Below, piece by piece: positions 35,824 to 44,650 of a stretch of DNA of 64,000 nt. The stretch comes from Candidatus Limiplasma sp. (GTDB lineage: Bacteria; Bacillota; Clostridia; Christensenellales; Aristaeellaceae). The notes beneath the pieces were generated by a model. That model saw only the letters and a program-made list of their open reading frames with translations. It had not been told where the DNA came from and did not search any database. Position numbers and translations under genes: made by a program. Positions within the stretch are counted from its first letter, which is position 1. Every line of letters starts with the position of its first letter. The stretch spans positions 41,606-105,605 of the forward strand of contig CAXXGW010000002.1 of the NCBI GenBank assembly GCA_963666755.2, given 5' to 3'.

Positions 35824-36786
35824 TCACTTCGGGCTTTGCTCCAAGGAACCCCCTGCCAAAGGTTGCGCGTCCTGTTGCTGCGCAATCGGCCTATCCGCCA
35901 GAAACGCATCCACCAGACGGCAGGCCTCGGCCACGGGGTCGCCGGTCATGTCCAGCCAATGGATGGCCGGATCGCGGCGGAACCATGTCATCTGCCGTTT
36001 GGCAAAGCGTTTGATGGCTTGCGCAAGCTCGGCGGTCATCGTAGGCAGGTCGGCATACTCCCCCTGCAGATAGGCGCAAAGGTAGCGGTACTCCAGCCCC
36101 AGGCGACGCAGAAAATCTGCGGGCACGCCCTGTTGCAGCAGCCCTTCCACCTCGGCCACCATACCCTGCGCAAGCCGCGCGGTCAGCCGCTCGTCAATAC
36201 GGGCGCACAGCGTCTGGCGCGGCCAGGTGACGCCCAGCTTGAGCACCCGGTAGCGGGGGCTGCGCGGGCCGGGGCCGGGATCGCCGTCGTGCAACTTTTC
36301 CAGCGCACGCATCACACGGTTGCGGTTGGCGGGGTCGAGGTCCGTTTCCGGGCAGGCGGCAAGCAACTGCCGGTACAGTGCGGGCGTATCGAAGGTTTCC
36401 AGCACGGCGCGGTAAGCCAGATCCGGCGCGGTTTGCGAAAGGGTGTAGCCCTCCGTGACGGCGGCCACATACAGGCCCGTGCCGCCCACCAAAAAAGGCA
36501 GCCGGTCGCGGGCGAGGATGCCGTCCGCGGCAGCATAGGCCAACTCCTGAAAATCCGCCACTGAAAAAAGGGTCGGCGGCACGCACACATCCAGCAGATG
36601 GTGAGGGACGCCCCGCATCTCCGCGGGCGTCAGCTTGCCGCTGCCCAAATCCAGCCCCCGGTATACCTGCCGGGAGTCGGCTGAGATCACCTCGCCGCCG
36701 TAGCGCAGCGCCAGCTCCACACCCAGCCCGCTCTTGCCGGAGGCATTGGTTCCCACCACAGCGACCATGCGGGGTAAATCCGACAT
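35824..36786 (-). CDS. miaA: tRNA dimethylallyltransferase
   Basis: P-loop VVGTNASGKSGLGVELA, ISADSRQVYRGLDLGSGK, and MiaA length and pattern. Confidence 0.9.
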   Translation of the reverse strand: MSDLPRMVAVVGTNASGKSGLGVELALRYGGEVISADSRQVYRGLDLGSGKLTPAEMRGVPHHLLDVCVPPTLFSVADFQELAYAAADGILARDRLPFLVGGTGLYVAAVTEGYTLSQTAPDLAYRAVLETFDTPALYRQLLAACPETDLDPANRNRVMRALEKLHDGDPGPGPRSPRYRVLKLGVTWPRQTLCARIDERLTARLAQGMVAEVEGLLQQGVPADFLRRLGLEYRYLCAYLQGEYADLPTMTAELAQAIKRFAKRQMTWFRRDPAIHWLDMTGDPVAEACRLVDAFLADRPIAQQQDAQPLAGGSLEQSPK

Positions 36787-36856
36787 CCAAATCGCTCCTG
36801 TGGGCGGCCTGTCGGCCGCTTGCTGGCCCCCGTGGCCGCGGTTTATGCTGCGCCCT

Positions 36857-37714
36857 TCAGGCTCCGCGGCCCTGCATGCGGCAGCGCAGCGCCGCCAGCC
36901 GCGCCCGGAGGCTGATATGCCCGGGGCCGAAAACCTGAATGCAAAGCGCGGTCACATTGTCGTGGCCGCCATTGTCCAGCGCCTGCTGCACCAGCGCGTC
37001 CACCGCCTGCGCGGCGGTTCTGGCACGCAGCAGCGTGCAGCGGATGGCGGCATCCTCCACCATATCCACCAGCCCGTCGCTGCACAGCAGGTAAAGATCG
37101 CCGGTGTGCACCGCCATGCGCGGCGAAAGGTAGGGCGCAAACGCTGTATCGGTGGACGGCAGCCCCAAAAACTGATAGATCAGATGCCGCCGGGGGCTCA
37201 GCCGCGCCTGATAGGGCGTAAGCTGCCCCTTGTCCACCAGCCGCTGCACCTCGCTGTGGTCGCGGGTCAGGCGGGTCAGGCTGCCGTCCCGCAGGCGGTA
37301 TACGCGGCTATCCCCCAGGTTCAGCACGCGCATGCCGCCGTTTTGCCACAGGCAGGCCGCAAGCGTGGTGCCCGGGTGCCTGCCGCTGTCGCCCAGCGCG
37401 TAGATACGGTCGCTCAGCCTGCACAGCGCGCCCATCAGCTGCGCTTCCTTGAGGCCCTCCAGTGAGCTGATCTGCAGCGCGCCCAGGCCGCGCACCGCCT
37501 CGTAGCTGGCCAGCGCACCGCCTGCCTCGCCGCCCAGCCCATCGCACACGGCGTATAGCTGAAAGGCCGCCTCACTGTCGCCAAGCATCCGGCCTCCGTG
37601 GGCCATCGCCTCCTGGGACATCCAGCGGCCGTTCAGGTAATAATTATCCTCATTGGTGGCACGCAGGATGCCCCGATGGTTGCGCGCAGCCGCTTCCAAC
37701 CGCCATCCGGACAT
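36857..37714 (-). CDS. PP2C-family Ser/Thr protein phosphatase
   Basis: RATNEDNYY…AVCDGLGGEAGG…LLCSDGL…NGGHDNVTAL are PP2C motifs. The start is uncertain (ATG 37714, 37744 or 37768). Confidence 0.85.
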   Translation of the reverse strand: MSGWRLEAAARNHRGILRATNEDNYYLNGRWMSQEAMAHGGRMLGDSEAAFQLYAVCDGLGGEAGGALASYEAVRGLGALQISSLEGLKEAQLMGALCRLSDRIYALGDSGRHPGTTLAACLWQNGGMRVLNLGDSRVYRLRDGSLTRLTRDHSEVQRLVDKGQLTPYQARLSPRRHLIYQFLGLPSTDTAFAPYLSPRMAVHTGDLYLLCSDGLVDMVEDAAIRCTLLRARTAAQAVDALVQQALDNGGHDNVTALCIQVFGPGHISLRARLAALRCRMQGRGA

Positions 37715-37883
37715 TCCCGCCGCCCCCTTCCCCCGCGTCGGCATGGGATGGGAATCAGCGGGTCCCACCCGTGCACAGCGTCCTTTTTATCCGACAGTAG
37801 GGAAGATTTGGTAACCATTAGAGGCAGTATAGCAGTTCGCCGTCCTTTTGTAAAGACGATCGGCGGTTCCCCTATTGCCGCGT

Positions 37884-39020
37884 TTATGCCCGCCAGACCT
37901 CCGTGCCGCCCACGAAAGTGCGCGCGGGCTGCATCATCGCATCGAAAACCGCAATATCCGCCTCCAACCCCGGCGCCAGCGCGCCGCGCGTGGCATCGCC
38001 AATGGCGGCTGCGGCGTTATGGGATGCGGCGCTCAGCGCATCCGCCAGCGGCAGGCCGCCCAGATCACGGGCGTTGCGCACCGCGCGGTCCAGCGTGAGG
38101 GTGCTGCCCGCGATGGTGCCATCCGGCAGGCGGCATTCCACGCCCTGCACCGTCACGGTTTGCCCGCCCATGGTGTAACGCCCTTCCGGCAGGCCGGAAA
38201 AGCGGATGGAATCGGTAATCAGCACCAGATGATCGCCCTTGAGGTGCGCGGCAAGGCTGATGAGCGACGGGTGTACGTGGAAGCCGTCGGCAATCAGCTC
38301 GCAGTACACACGCGGGTCGTTCAGCAGCGCGCTGAGCGCGCCGGGTTTGCGGTGCAGGAGGCTCGGCATGGCGTTAAAAGTGTGGGTGGCGTGCGTGGCC
38401 CCCGCCTCGATGCCCGCGACGGTCTGCGCGTAATCCGCGTTGGTGTGGCCGATGGAGACCGTCACCCCCGCGCCCGCCAGATGGCGGATCAGCGGCAGCG
38501 CGCCTTCCGCCTCGGGCGCGACGGTGATCAGGCGCACCGCGTACAAAAGCGGCTCCAGCCGCGCCCAATCCGGCGCGACGATATAGTCCGGGTTCTGCGC
38601 CCCGCACTTTTCAGCATTCAGGAAGGGGCCTTCCGCGTGCGCGCCCAGGATGCGGGCGCCCGCAAACCCTTCCGCTCCGGTCAGGCGCATGGCTTGCGCA
38701 ATGTCGGCAAAGCAGGCGGCATACCGATCCCACGCAAGGCAGCTGACGGTCGGCAGCCACGCGGTTACACCGTGGCGCACCAGCTCCCGGCTCATGACGG
38801 CCAGCTCATCGGCCCCCACATCGCCCGCCTCGCGGCCGCCAAAGCCGTGGCAATGCACGTCGATCAGCCCCGGCGCCACCACGCCGCCCTGCGCGTCGAA
38901 CACCTCCGCGCCTTCCGGCACCTCGTCCGCCCAGCCGCGGATGGTGCGGTCAAACAGCAGCGCCTGCCCTTCCGTCAGTTTGCCGTCGCGCAAAGCAAGC
39001 CCGTTCACAATCGCCTTCAC
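37884..39020 (-). CDS. nagA: N-acetylglucosamine-6-phosphate deacetylase
   Basis: PGLIDVHCHGFGG metal motif and an amidohydrolase pattern (…ISIGHTNADY…ATHTFNAM…). GTG 39020 follows AAAGGAGG. The ORF extension to 39257 overlaps nrdD. Confidence 0.85.
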   Translation of the reverse strand: MKAIVNGLALRDGKLTEGQALLFDRTIRGWADEVPEGAEVFDAQGGVVAPGLIDVHCHGFGGREAGDVGADELAVMSRELVRHGVTAWLPTVSCLAWDRYAACFADIAQAMRLTGAEGFAGARILGAHAEGPFLNAEKCGAQNPDYIVAPDWARLEPLLYAVRLITVAPEAEGALPLIRHLAGAGVTVSIGHTNADYAQTVAGIEAGATHATHTFNAMPSLLHRKPGALSALLNDPRVYCELIADGFHVHPSLISLAAHLKGDHLVLITDSIRFSGLPEGRYTMGGQTVTVQGVECRLPDGTIAGSTLTLDRAVRNARDLGGLPLADALSAASHNAAAAIGDATRGALAPGLEADIAVFDAMMQPARTFVGGTEVWRA

Positions 39021-39069
39021 GGTGTGGTTCCTCCTTTGGTTGGGGCGCGCTGCGCCCGCCTCTCTCTGC

Positions 39070-39097
39070 ATTGTAACAGCTTTTGAAAAACATGCAA
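39070..39097 (-). promoter_or_regulatory. sigma-A type promoter for nagA
   Basis: On the minus strand: TTGCAT (39092-39097), 16-nt spacer, TACAAT (39070-39075). Confidence 0.6.
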
Positions 39098-39109
39098 CCC
39101 CGGCAGGCG

Positions 39110-39140
39110 AAAACCCCCGCTCGCCTTCCGGCTGCGGGGG
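39110..39140 (-). terminator. rho-independent terminator of nrdD
   Basis: On the minus strand: CCCCCGCAGCCGGAAGGCGAGCGGGGG followed by TTTT. Confidence 0.75.
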
Positions 39141-39153
39141 TTTCATTGCCACG

Positions 39154-41478
39154 TTACAGGCTGTGCTTGACGCGGTCGTGCTCCTCGGCCCGCTTGGCGT
39201 TGTTGAAGCGATCCAGCGTACCCACCAGGTAACCCGTGATGCGCCGGATGCGCTCAAAGGCCTGATCCCCTTCGGCGCGGCCGCACTTGGGGCAGCAATC
39301 GCCGATGATGCCGTTGTAGCCGCACACGGGGTCGCGGTCTACCGGGTGGTTGATGCTGCCGTAGCCGATGCCCATATCGTGCATGTAGCGCACAACCTTC
39401 TCAAACGCGTCCAGATTCTTGGTGGGGTCGCCGTCCATCTCGATGTAGCTGATGTGCCCGGCGTTGGTCAGCGCGTGGTAGGGGGCCTCGATGGCAATTT
39501 TCTCAAACGCGTTGATGGGGTAATACACCGGCACATGGAAGCTGTTGGTGTAATATTCCCGATCCGTAACGCCCTTGATGGCGCCGTAACGCTCGCGGTC
39601 CAGCCGCACAAAGCGCCCGCTGAGCCCCTCGGCCGGGGTGGCCAGACAGGTGTAGTTCATGCCGGTTTTAGCGCTCATCTCATCGCAGAACTTACGCATA
39701 AAGCCCACGATTTCCAACCCCAGGTTCTGGCTGTTGGGATCCTCGCCGTGGTGGGTGCCGCGCAGGGCCACCAGCGCCTCCGCCAGCCCGATAAAGCCGA
39801 TGGAGAGTGTGCCGTGCATGAGCACCTCACGGATGGTGTCGTTCCAGCCAAGCTTTTCGCTGTCGATCCACACGCCTTCGCCCATCAGGAAGGGGAAGTT
39901 TTTAACCTTCTTGCTGGCGACAATCTCAAAGCGCTCCTGCAGCTGGCCCACCACGAGGTTCATCATCCGCTCCAGCTCTTCAAAGAACCACGCCACATCC
40001 CCTTTGGCCTTGATGGCGATGCGGGGCAGGTTCACGGTGGTAAAACTCAGGTTGCCGCGCCGGGGGCTGACTTCGCGCTCCGGGTCGTACACGTTACCCA
40101 TCACGCGCGTGCGGCAGCCCATGTAGGCGATTTCCGTTTCCGGGTGCCCTTCCTTGTAATACTTGAGGTTAAAGGGCGCGTCCAGAAAGCTGAAATTAGG
40201 GAACAGCCGCTTGGCGCTGGTGCGGATGGCCAGGCGGTACAGATCGTAGTTCGGATCGCCGGGGTTAAAGCTGACCCCTTCCTTGACGCGGAAAATCTGG
40301 ATGGGGAAAATCGGCGTTTCGCCGTTGCCAAGCCCTGCCTCGGTGGCCAGCAGGATGTTGCGCACCACCATGCGCCCCTCGGGCGAAGTATCCATGCCGT
40401 AGTTGATGGAGGAGAACGGCACCTGCGCGCCCGCGCGGCTGTTCATGGTGTTCAGGTTGTGGATGAGCGCCTCCATGGCCTGATAGGTGGCCTTGTCGGT
40501 CTCCTTCTCGGCATGCTCGCGCGTAAAATCGAGGATGCGCGTCAGTTGCTCGTCGTTCGCTTGCACGGCGGCGGCCAGCTTCTCCCGCAGGGCCTTGTCA
40601 AAGGCGGGGTCATGCGCCAGCGTAGGGCTTTTGCCGGTATCGGCCTTTACGGCAGCCAGCAGGGCCACGGCGGTGTCGGTCGCCTCCTCGGTGCCCAAAA
40701 GCAGCTCCAGCGCGCGCGCCAGATTGTCGCGGTAGCGCTTGTAGTAGGTCTTTTGCACGCCGGGGGCCATGCCGTAATCAAAATTGACAATGCTTTGCCC
40801 GCCGTGCTGATCGTTCTGGTTCGCCTGAATGGCGATGCAGCACAGCGCCGAGTAACTGTAAATATCGTTGGGCTCGCGCAGTACCCCATGCCCCGTGGAA
40901 AAACCGCCGTGGAACAGGCTTAACAGGTCGATCTGCGTGCAGGTGGTGGTCAGCGTATAAAAGTCCAGATCATGAATATGGATATCGCCCTCGCGGTGCG
41001 CCTTGGCGTGCACGGGGTTGAGCACGTACATATCGTAAAACTGCTTGCTGCCCTCGGAGCCGAACTTGAGCATCGCGCCCATGGCCGTATCGCCGTTAAT
41101 GTTGGCGTTTTCGCGCTTGATGTCCGAGTCCTTGGCATCCTTGTAGCAGATATCCTCAAAGGTCTTCATCAGGCGGGTGTTCATTTCCCGCACGCGGCTG
41201 CGCTCCGCGCGGTACAGGATGTAGGCCTTGGCCGAACGCACGAAGCCGTGCTCGATCAGCACCTTTTCCACCGTATCCTGCACCTGTTCGACGCTGGGGA
41301 CGCTGGGGATGCCCTCGTCGTTTTCCACCGTCGCCACAACAATAGCGGTCAGCTCCTGCGCGGTTTCCGCGCTTTTCTGGCTGCCGCTGGCCATAAAGCT
41401 CTTCTCGATCGCCTGCTCAATTTTATCGGGATCAAAGGGCACCACGCGACCGTCGCGCTTTTTAATGGATGTGATCAT
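39154..41478 (-). CDS. nrdD: anaerobic ribonucleoside-triphosphate reductase (class III)
   Basis: N-terminal ATP-cone (IKKRDGRVVPFDPDKIEQAI), C-terminal Zn-ribbon CPKCG and glycyl-radical motif RRITGYL. 774 aa. Confidence 0.95.
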   Translation of the reverse strand: MITSIKKRDGRVVPFDPDKIEQAIEKSFMASGSQKSAETAQELTAIVVATVENDEGIPSVPSVEQVQDTVEKVLIEHGFVRSAKAYILYRAERSRVREMNTRLMKTFEDICYKDAKDSDIKRENANINGDTAMGAMLKFGSEGSKQFYDMYVLNPVHAKAHREGDIHIHDLDFYTLTTTCTQIDLLSLFHGGFSTGHGVLREPNDIYSYSALCCIAIQANQNDQHGGQSIVNFDYGMAPGVQKTYYKRYRDNLARALELLLGTEEATDTAVALLAAVKADTGKSPTLAHDPAFDKALREKLAAAVQANDEQLTRILDFTREHAEKETDKATYQAMEALIHNLNTMNSRAGAQVPFSSINYGMDTSPEGRMVVRNILLATEAGLGNGETPIFPIQIFRVKEGVSFNPGDPNYDLYRLAIRTSAKRLFPNFSFLDAPFNLKYYKEGHPETEIAYMGCRTRVMGNVYDPEREVSPRRGNLSFTTVNLPRIAIKAKGDVAWFFEELERMMNLVVGQLQERFEIVASKKVKNFPFLMGEGVWIDSEKLGWNDTIREVLMHGTLSIGFIGLAEALVALRGTHHGEDPNSQNLGLEIVGFMRKFCDEMSAKTGMNYTCLATPAEGLSGRFVRLDRERYGAIKGVTDREYYTNSFHVPVYYPINAFEKIAIEAPYHALTNAGHISYIEMDGDPTKNLDAFEKVVRYMHDMGIGYGSINHPVDRDPVCGYNGIIGDCCPKCGRAEGDQAFERIRRITGYLVGTLDRFNNAKRAEEHDRVKHSL

Positions 41479-41647
41479 GGCGGTTCTCCTTTACTCTGCG
41501 CCCCCAAACCGCTTGCCGAGGGGGTGCAAAAGCACCGCGCACGGGAAGGCGCGTTCAGGAACGGTGAATCTTTTATGCGGCTGCGGCGGGCTGCCCTGCT
41601 GTTTGTTACAGTCGCGGCAGCACGTCGGTACGCTCCCATCGGATCGT

Positions 41648-41695
41648 TGCCATTATATTGTGTTGCAAACGGGATGTCAATACCATATCTAGAGT
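41648..41695 (-). promoter_or_regulatory. two candidate NrdR boxes overlapping the nrdD promoter
   Basis: On the minus strand: ACACAATATAATGGCA (41648-41663) and ACTCTAGATATGGTAT (41680-41695). Each is ~12/16 to the NrdR-box consensus acaCwAtATaTwGtgt. Their starts are 32 bp apart. Confidence 0.5.
41652..41680 (-). promoter_or_regulatory. consensus sigma-A promoter of nrdD
   Basis: On the minus strand: TTGACA (41675-41680), 17-nt spacer, TATAAT (41652-41657). This implies a ~165-nt leader. Confidence 0.8.
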
Positions 41696-41812
41696 TTTAT
41701 GTAACCTCCGCGCTGCAAATATGAAGAATAAATGAAGAATATAATGGCTTTTTATGGTTTTCCGCAGTTTTTCCTTGCGAAAATATTTTTAATCCATGGC
41801 GTTTTCCTTACG

Positions 41813-42882
41813 TTCTCCACAAAAACAGGGCCTTTTCGGCAGGTTCTCCACAGGCGCGCCGCAACCGGCAGCGGAAAAGTTACGAATAAAGGCACGGCGG
41901 TAAAACACCTGCACAACGCTTATCAGGCAGGCTTTTGGAGTCGCATTCCCAACCCACAGAGAAGCGCTCCCCTTGAAACAGAAATACAAGGGAAGAACAG
42001 TGTAAAGCCAGCCGGGTTGGCTGGGTAACCCATGCACATCGCAAAGACGCCCACGGCTGCAGCATTGAAAACAAATCATGGACGGAGAGATTTGCTTTTT
42101 GTTGTTGCAAGCGCGCCGCACTGGGCACAGAGGCCTTCACTCAGGGTTAGAACGTCGCGTTGCAAACACTGTTAGCAGTCAGTATCATGAGCGCTTTCCA
42201 CAGCATATGCACTGAACATGGCACAAAGCCCCTTCACACCGGTACAGAGCATAATGCAAACCATTGTGAGCAATGGCATAAACCACTTTCCATAGCAACC
42301 TTTTCGCAATCCAGATGCATGCCTCCGTTGGGAAACCCTGCATTCGCCATGGATTGCCCTGCTTGAAATGTTCATTCAATAGCACCTTACTATGCCCGGT
42401 CGAGCGTTTGATAATAGAAGCCCACACACCTTTTTACAGCCCATAAGCATGTGGTTTTACATAGCAGGAACATCCCCCACAAGAATCCTTCCTATTTTCT
42501 GTAACCTTGGACGCCGGCAACCGCGCTTTCCACCCCCTGTCCATACCTTTTCCACAGATTTCCCCTTGCGGTGCAGGCTTACCGTCCGCATGTTTTCCAC
42601 AGGTATGCAAGCCCTTATACAGGAGGCGAAACACGCCCGAAACGGGCTGCTTTTCCACAGGTTGCGCCATCGAACATCATCGCGGCGCAGGCTCGCAAAG
42701 TCTTACCTGTAAGGGCTTTGCATGTTTACACTTTGTTTGTGGGGCATCGCGGGAAACGTATGGCGCGATCCGTTTGTTTTCCCCATTTGCAAGGCATGTG
42801 CCGGGTGTTCCATGCGATTCCCTTGTCTTTTCCACAAAAGCGCAGCGCTCTGTCCACAGGGTTTCCCATGGGGTTTTCCACG
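41813..42882 (+). promoter_or_regulatory. cluster of ~9 same-orientation DnaA-box-like 9-mers in an ORF-poor, lower-GC region
   Basis: TTTTCCACA at 42548, 42593, 42651 and 42828. TTCTCCACA at 41813 and 41844. CTTTCCACA at 42194, CTGTCCACA at 42850 and TTTTCCACG at 42874. An AT-rich tract at 41717-41795 carries tandem ATGAAGAATA. Confidence 0.6.
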
Positions 42883-42926
42883 GGTCGCCCATACTTCCCC
42901 GCCCGCACTCACGTCCGCAAATCCCG

Positions 42927-42955
42927 TTGCCGAAACCCCGCGCATCTGCTATGAT
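42927..42955 (+). promoter_or_regulatory. sigma-A type promoter for the flavoprotein gene
   Basis: TTGCCG (42927-42932), 17-nt spacer, TATGAT (42950-42955). Confidence 0.55.
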
Positions 42956-42977
42956 ACGCAAGGAAGGGGGGGTGCAC

Positions 42978-44282
42978 ATGGAGATTGCCATCCTCGGCGG
43001 CGGCGCGGCAGGTCTGGCTGCGGCCCTCGCGGCGGCGGAACAGGGCACGCACGTAACCGTGCTGGAGCGCAACCGCAAGCCGCTTAAAAAGCTGGGCGTA
43101 ACCGGCAACGGCCGCGCCAATGTGCTCAACAGCGGCGCGCCCGCCTATTACGGCGATGCCGCCTTTGCCTGCGCGGTGCTGGGCCGCGTAGGGTACCCCG
43201 CGCTTTGCGCCTTTTTTGCAACGCTGGGCGTCCCCCTGCGGGAGGAAACCGAGGGCCGCGTGTACCCCGCCGCGCTGCAGGCCGCCGTGGTTGTGGAGGC
43301 GCTGCTGCTGCGCGCGGCGCAGCTGCGCATCACGTTTTTACCCCTGACGCGCGCCACGCAAATCGAGCGCACGCCGCAGGGCTTTGTACTGCACGCCGTA
43401 CAGACCGAGCCGACCGACGATGCCCCCCGCCGCGGCAAGCCCGCTGAACTGCCGCGCCAAACCCCGTATACCCTGCGGGCGGATCGCGTGATTGTGGCGG
43501 CAGGCGGCGCGGCCGCGCCGGTGCATGGCACCGACGGTTCCGCCTACACACTGCTGACCGGTCTGGGCCATCACCTGACCCCCACGTGCCCCGCGCTGTG
43601 CGCCCTGCGGGTGGAGCCGCGCCGCCTGACCGGGCTGACCGGCCAGCGGGTGCGCGCACGGCTGACCCTGCTGGCCCCGGACGGCCACCCACTGCACGCA
43701 GCCGCGGGTGAGGCACTGTTTGCTGAGGACGCAGTCAGCGGGATTGCCGCCATGCAGCTGGCGCGGTTCTATGTGCCGGGCGCTGCGCTGCTGCTGGACC
43801 TCCGCCCCGGGCTTGGGCTGACCGACCCGGCCGACGGAGCCGACGACACCGCCAAGGCGCTGCGCCGGTTAGCGCAGCAGCGCGCCGACTGCACGCTGGG
43901 CGATCTGCTGACCGGTGTTTGCACCGCGCCTGTCGCCCGCCTGCTCTGCCGGGAGGCCGGGCTACGCGACCTCGCCCTGCCCCTTGCGCACCTGCCGGAG
44001 GCTGCCATCCGGCGGCTGGCGGCTATGATCGCCGGGCTTAGCCTGCCTGTGGAGGGCACGCGCGGCTTTGACCAGGCGCAGGTGACCGCCGGGGGTATCG
44101 CGCCTGCCGATTTTGACCCTGCCACCCTGCAAAGCCGCCTCTGCCCCGGCCTGTACGCCGCCGGCGAGGTGCTGGACGTGGATGGCGATTGCGGAGGTTA
44201 CAACCTGATGTTTGCCTTTGCCAGCGGGCTTTTGGCCGGGCGCTCCGCCGCCGGGGATGCAAGCGCGCACCAACGAGAATGA
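42978..44282 (+). CDS. HI0933/BaiN-family NAD(P)/FAD-dependent oxidoreductase
   Basis: MEIAILGGGAAGLAAALAAAEQGTHVTVLERN is a dinucleotide-binding motif, followed by KKLGVTGNGRANVLN and the C-terminal GEVLDVDGDCGGYNL typical of this family. Confidence 0.85.
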   Translation: MEIAILGGGAAGLAAALAAAEQGTHVTVLERNRKPLKKLGVTGNGRANVLNSGAPAYYGDAAFACAVLGRVGYPALCAFFATLGVPLREETEGRVYPAALQAAVVVEALLLRAAQLRITFLPLTRATQIERTPQGFVLHAVQTEPTDDAPRRGKPAELPRQTPYTLRADRVIVAAGGAAAPVHGTDGSAYTLLTGLGHHLTPTCPALCALRVEPRRLTGLTGQRVRARLTLLAPDGHPLHAAAGEALFAEDAVSGIAAMQLARFYVPGAALLLDLRPGLGLTDPADGADDTAKALRRLAQQRADCTLGDLLTGVCTAPVARLLCREAGLRDLALPLAHLPEAAIRRLAAMIAGLSLPVEGTRGFDQAQVTAGGIAPADFDPATLQSRLCPGLYAAGEVLDVDGDCGGYNLMFAFASGLLAGRSAAGDASAHQRE

Positions 44283-44394
44283 TCTGACATTAAGACTTTG
44301 ATTCCGCAGGTCGAAGGGCAGGAAACTGCGTTACGGTTCCCCGGGATTGACTGCGGAACGCGACCCTGTTTTACTTCTGTTGCACGCTCGTTTC

Positions 44395-44612
44395 TGCGGT
44401 TTGTATTTTGGAATGAAAGCACCTTTGCAGCTCTCTGCGCGTTGCCATCCAAAGGTCAAGTAAAAATCCGCGCCGTTTCGGCAACCAGCGTTATCCGCCC
44501 ATCAGGGAGAATCAGTTCTACTGTTTGCGTTTCGGAATGAAAGCACCTTTGCAACGCTCCTGCACGTTCAAATTCAAGAGTCGGGCGAAAACCAGCGCCC
44601 CTTCAGTTACTA
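44395..44612 (+). repeat. tandem ~85-nt direct repeat in the leader of the ferredoxin/flavodoxin gene
   Basis: GGAATGAAAGCACCTTTGCA occurs at 44410-44429 and 44534-44553 (124-bp period). Similarity extends ~60 nt downstream (…CTGC(G/A)CGTT…CAA(A/G)(G/A)GTC…AAAA…GCGCC…TTC). Confidence 0.7.
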
Positions 44613-44650
44613 CTGTTGTTGTTCCATCTGATTCCAAAGGACGTGATCGG

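Noticed and set aside
41479-41647. The nrdD 165-nt leader as a cobalamin (or other known) riboswitch
   Set aside because: I could not find a B12 box (GCCACTG-like) or the conserved GGTGxxAAxCC core, nor motifs of other riboswitch classes I know. It is left as an unexplained leader.
41732-42712. Small ORFs (60-110 aa, both strands) inside the nrdD/flavoprotein intergenic region
   Set aside because: There are no RBSs, the frames overlap each other, and the composition is Cys/His/Trp-rich and unlike neighbouring proteins. The region is better explained as non-coding (DnaA-box cluster). A decayed pseudogene cannot be excluded.
41716-42955. Declaring the DnaA-box region the definitive chromosomal origin
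   Set aside because: dnaA and dnaN are absent from the window. gyrBA would be oriented head-on to forks leaving this site. Strand bias of genes does not switch cleanly. It is kept as a hypothesis in the findings, not as a feature call of oriC.
42507-42977. A 157-aa N-terminal extension of the flavoprotein ORF (ORF track start 42507)
   Set aside because: The extension covers the DnaA-box region and has odd composition. The canonical GxGxxG N-terminus starts at ATG 42978, right after a purine-rich RBS and a promoter at 42927-42955.
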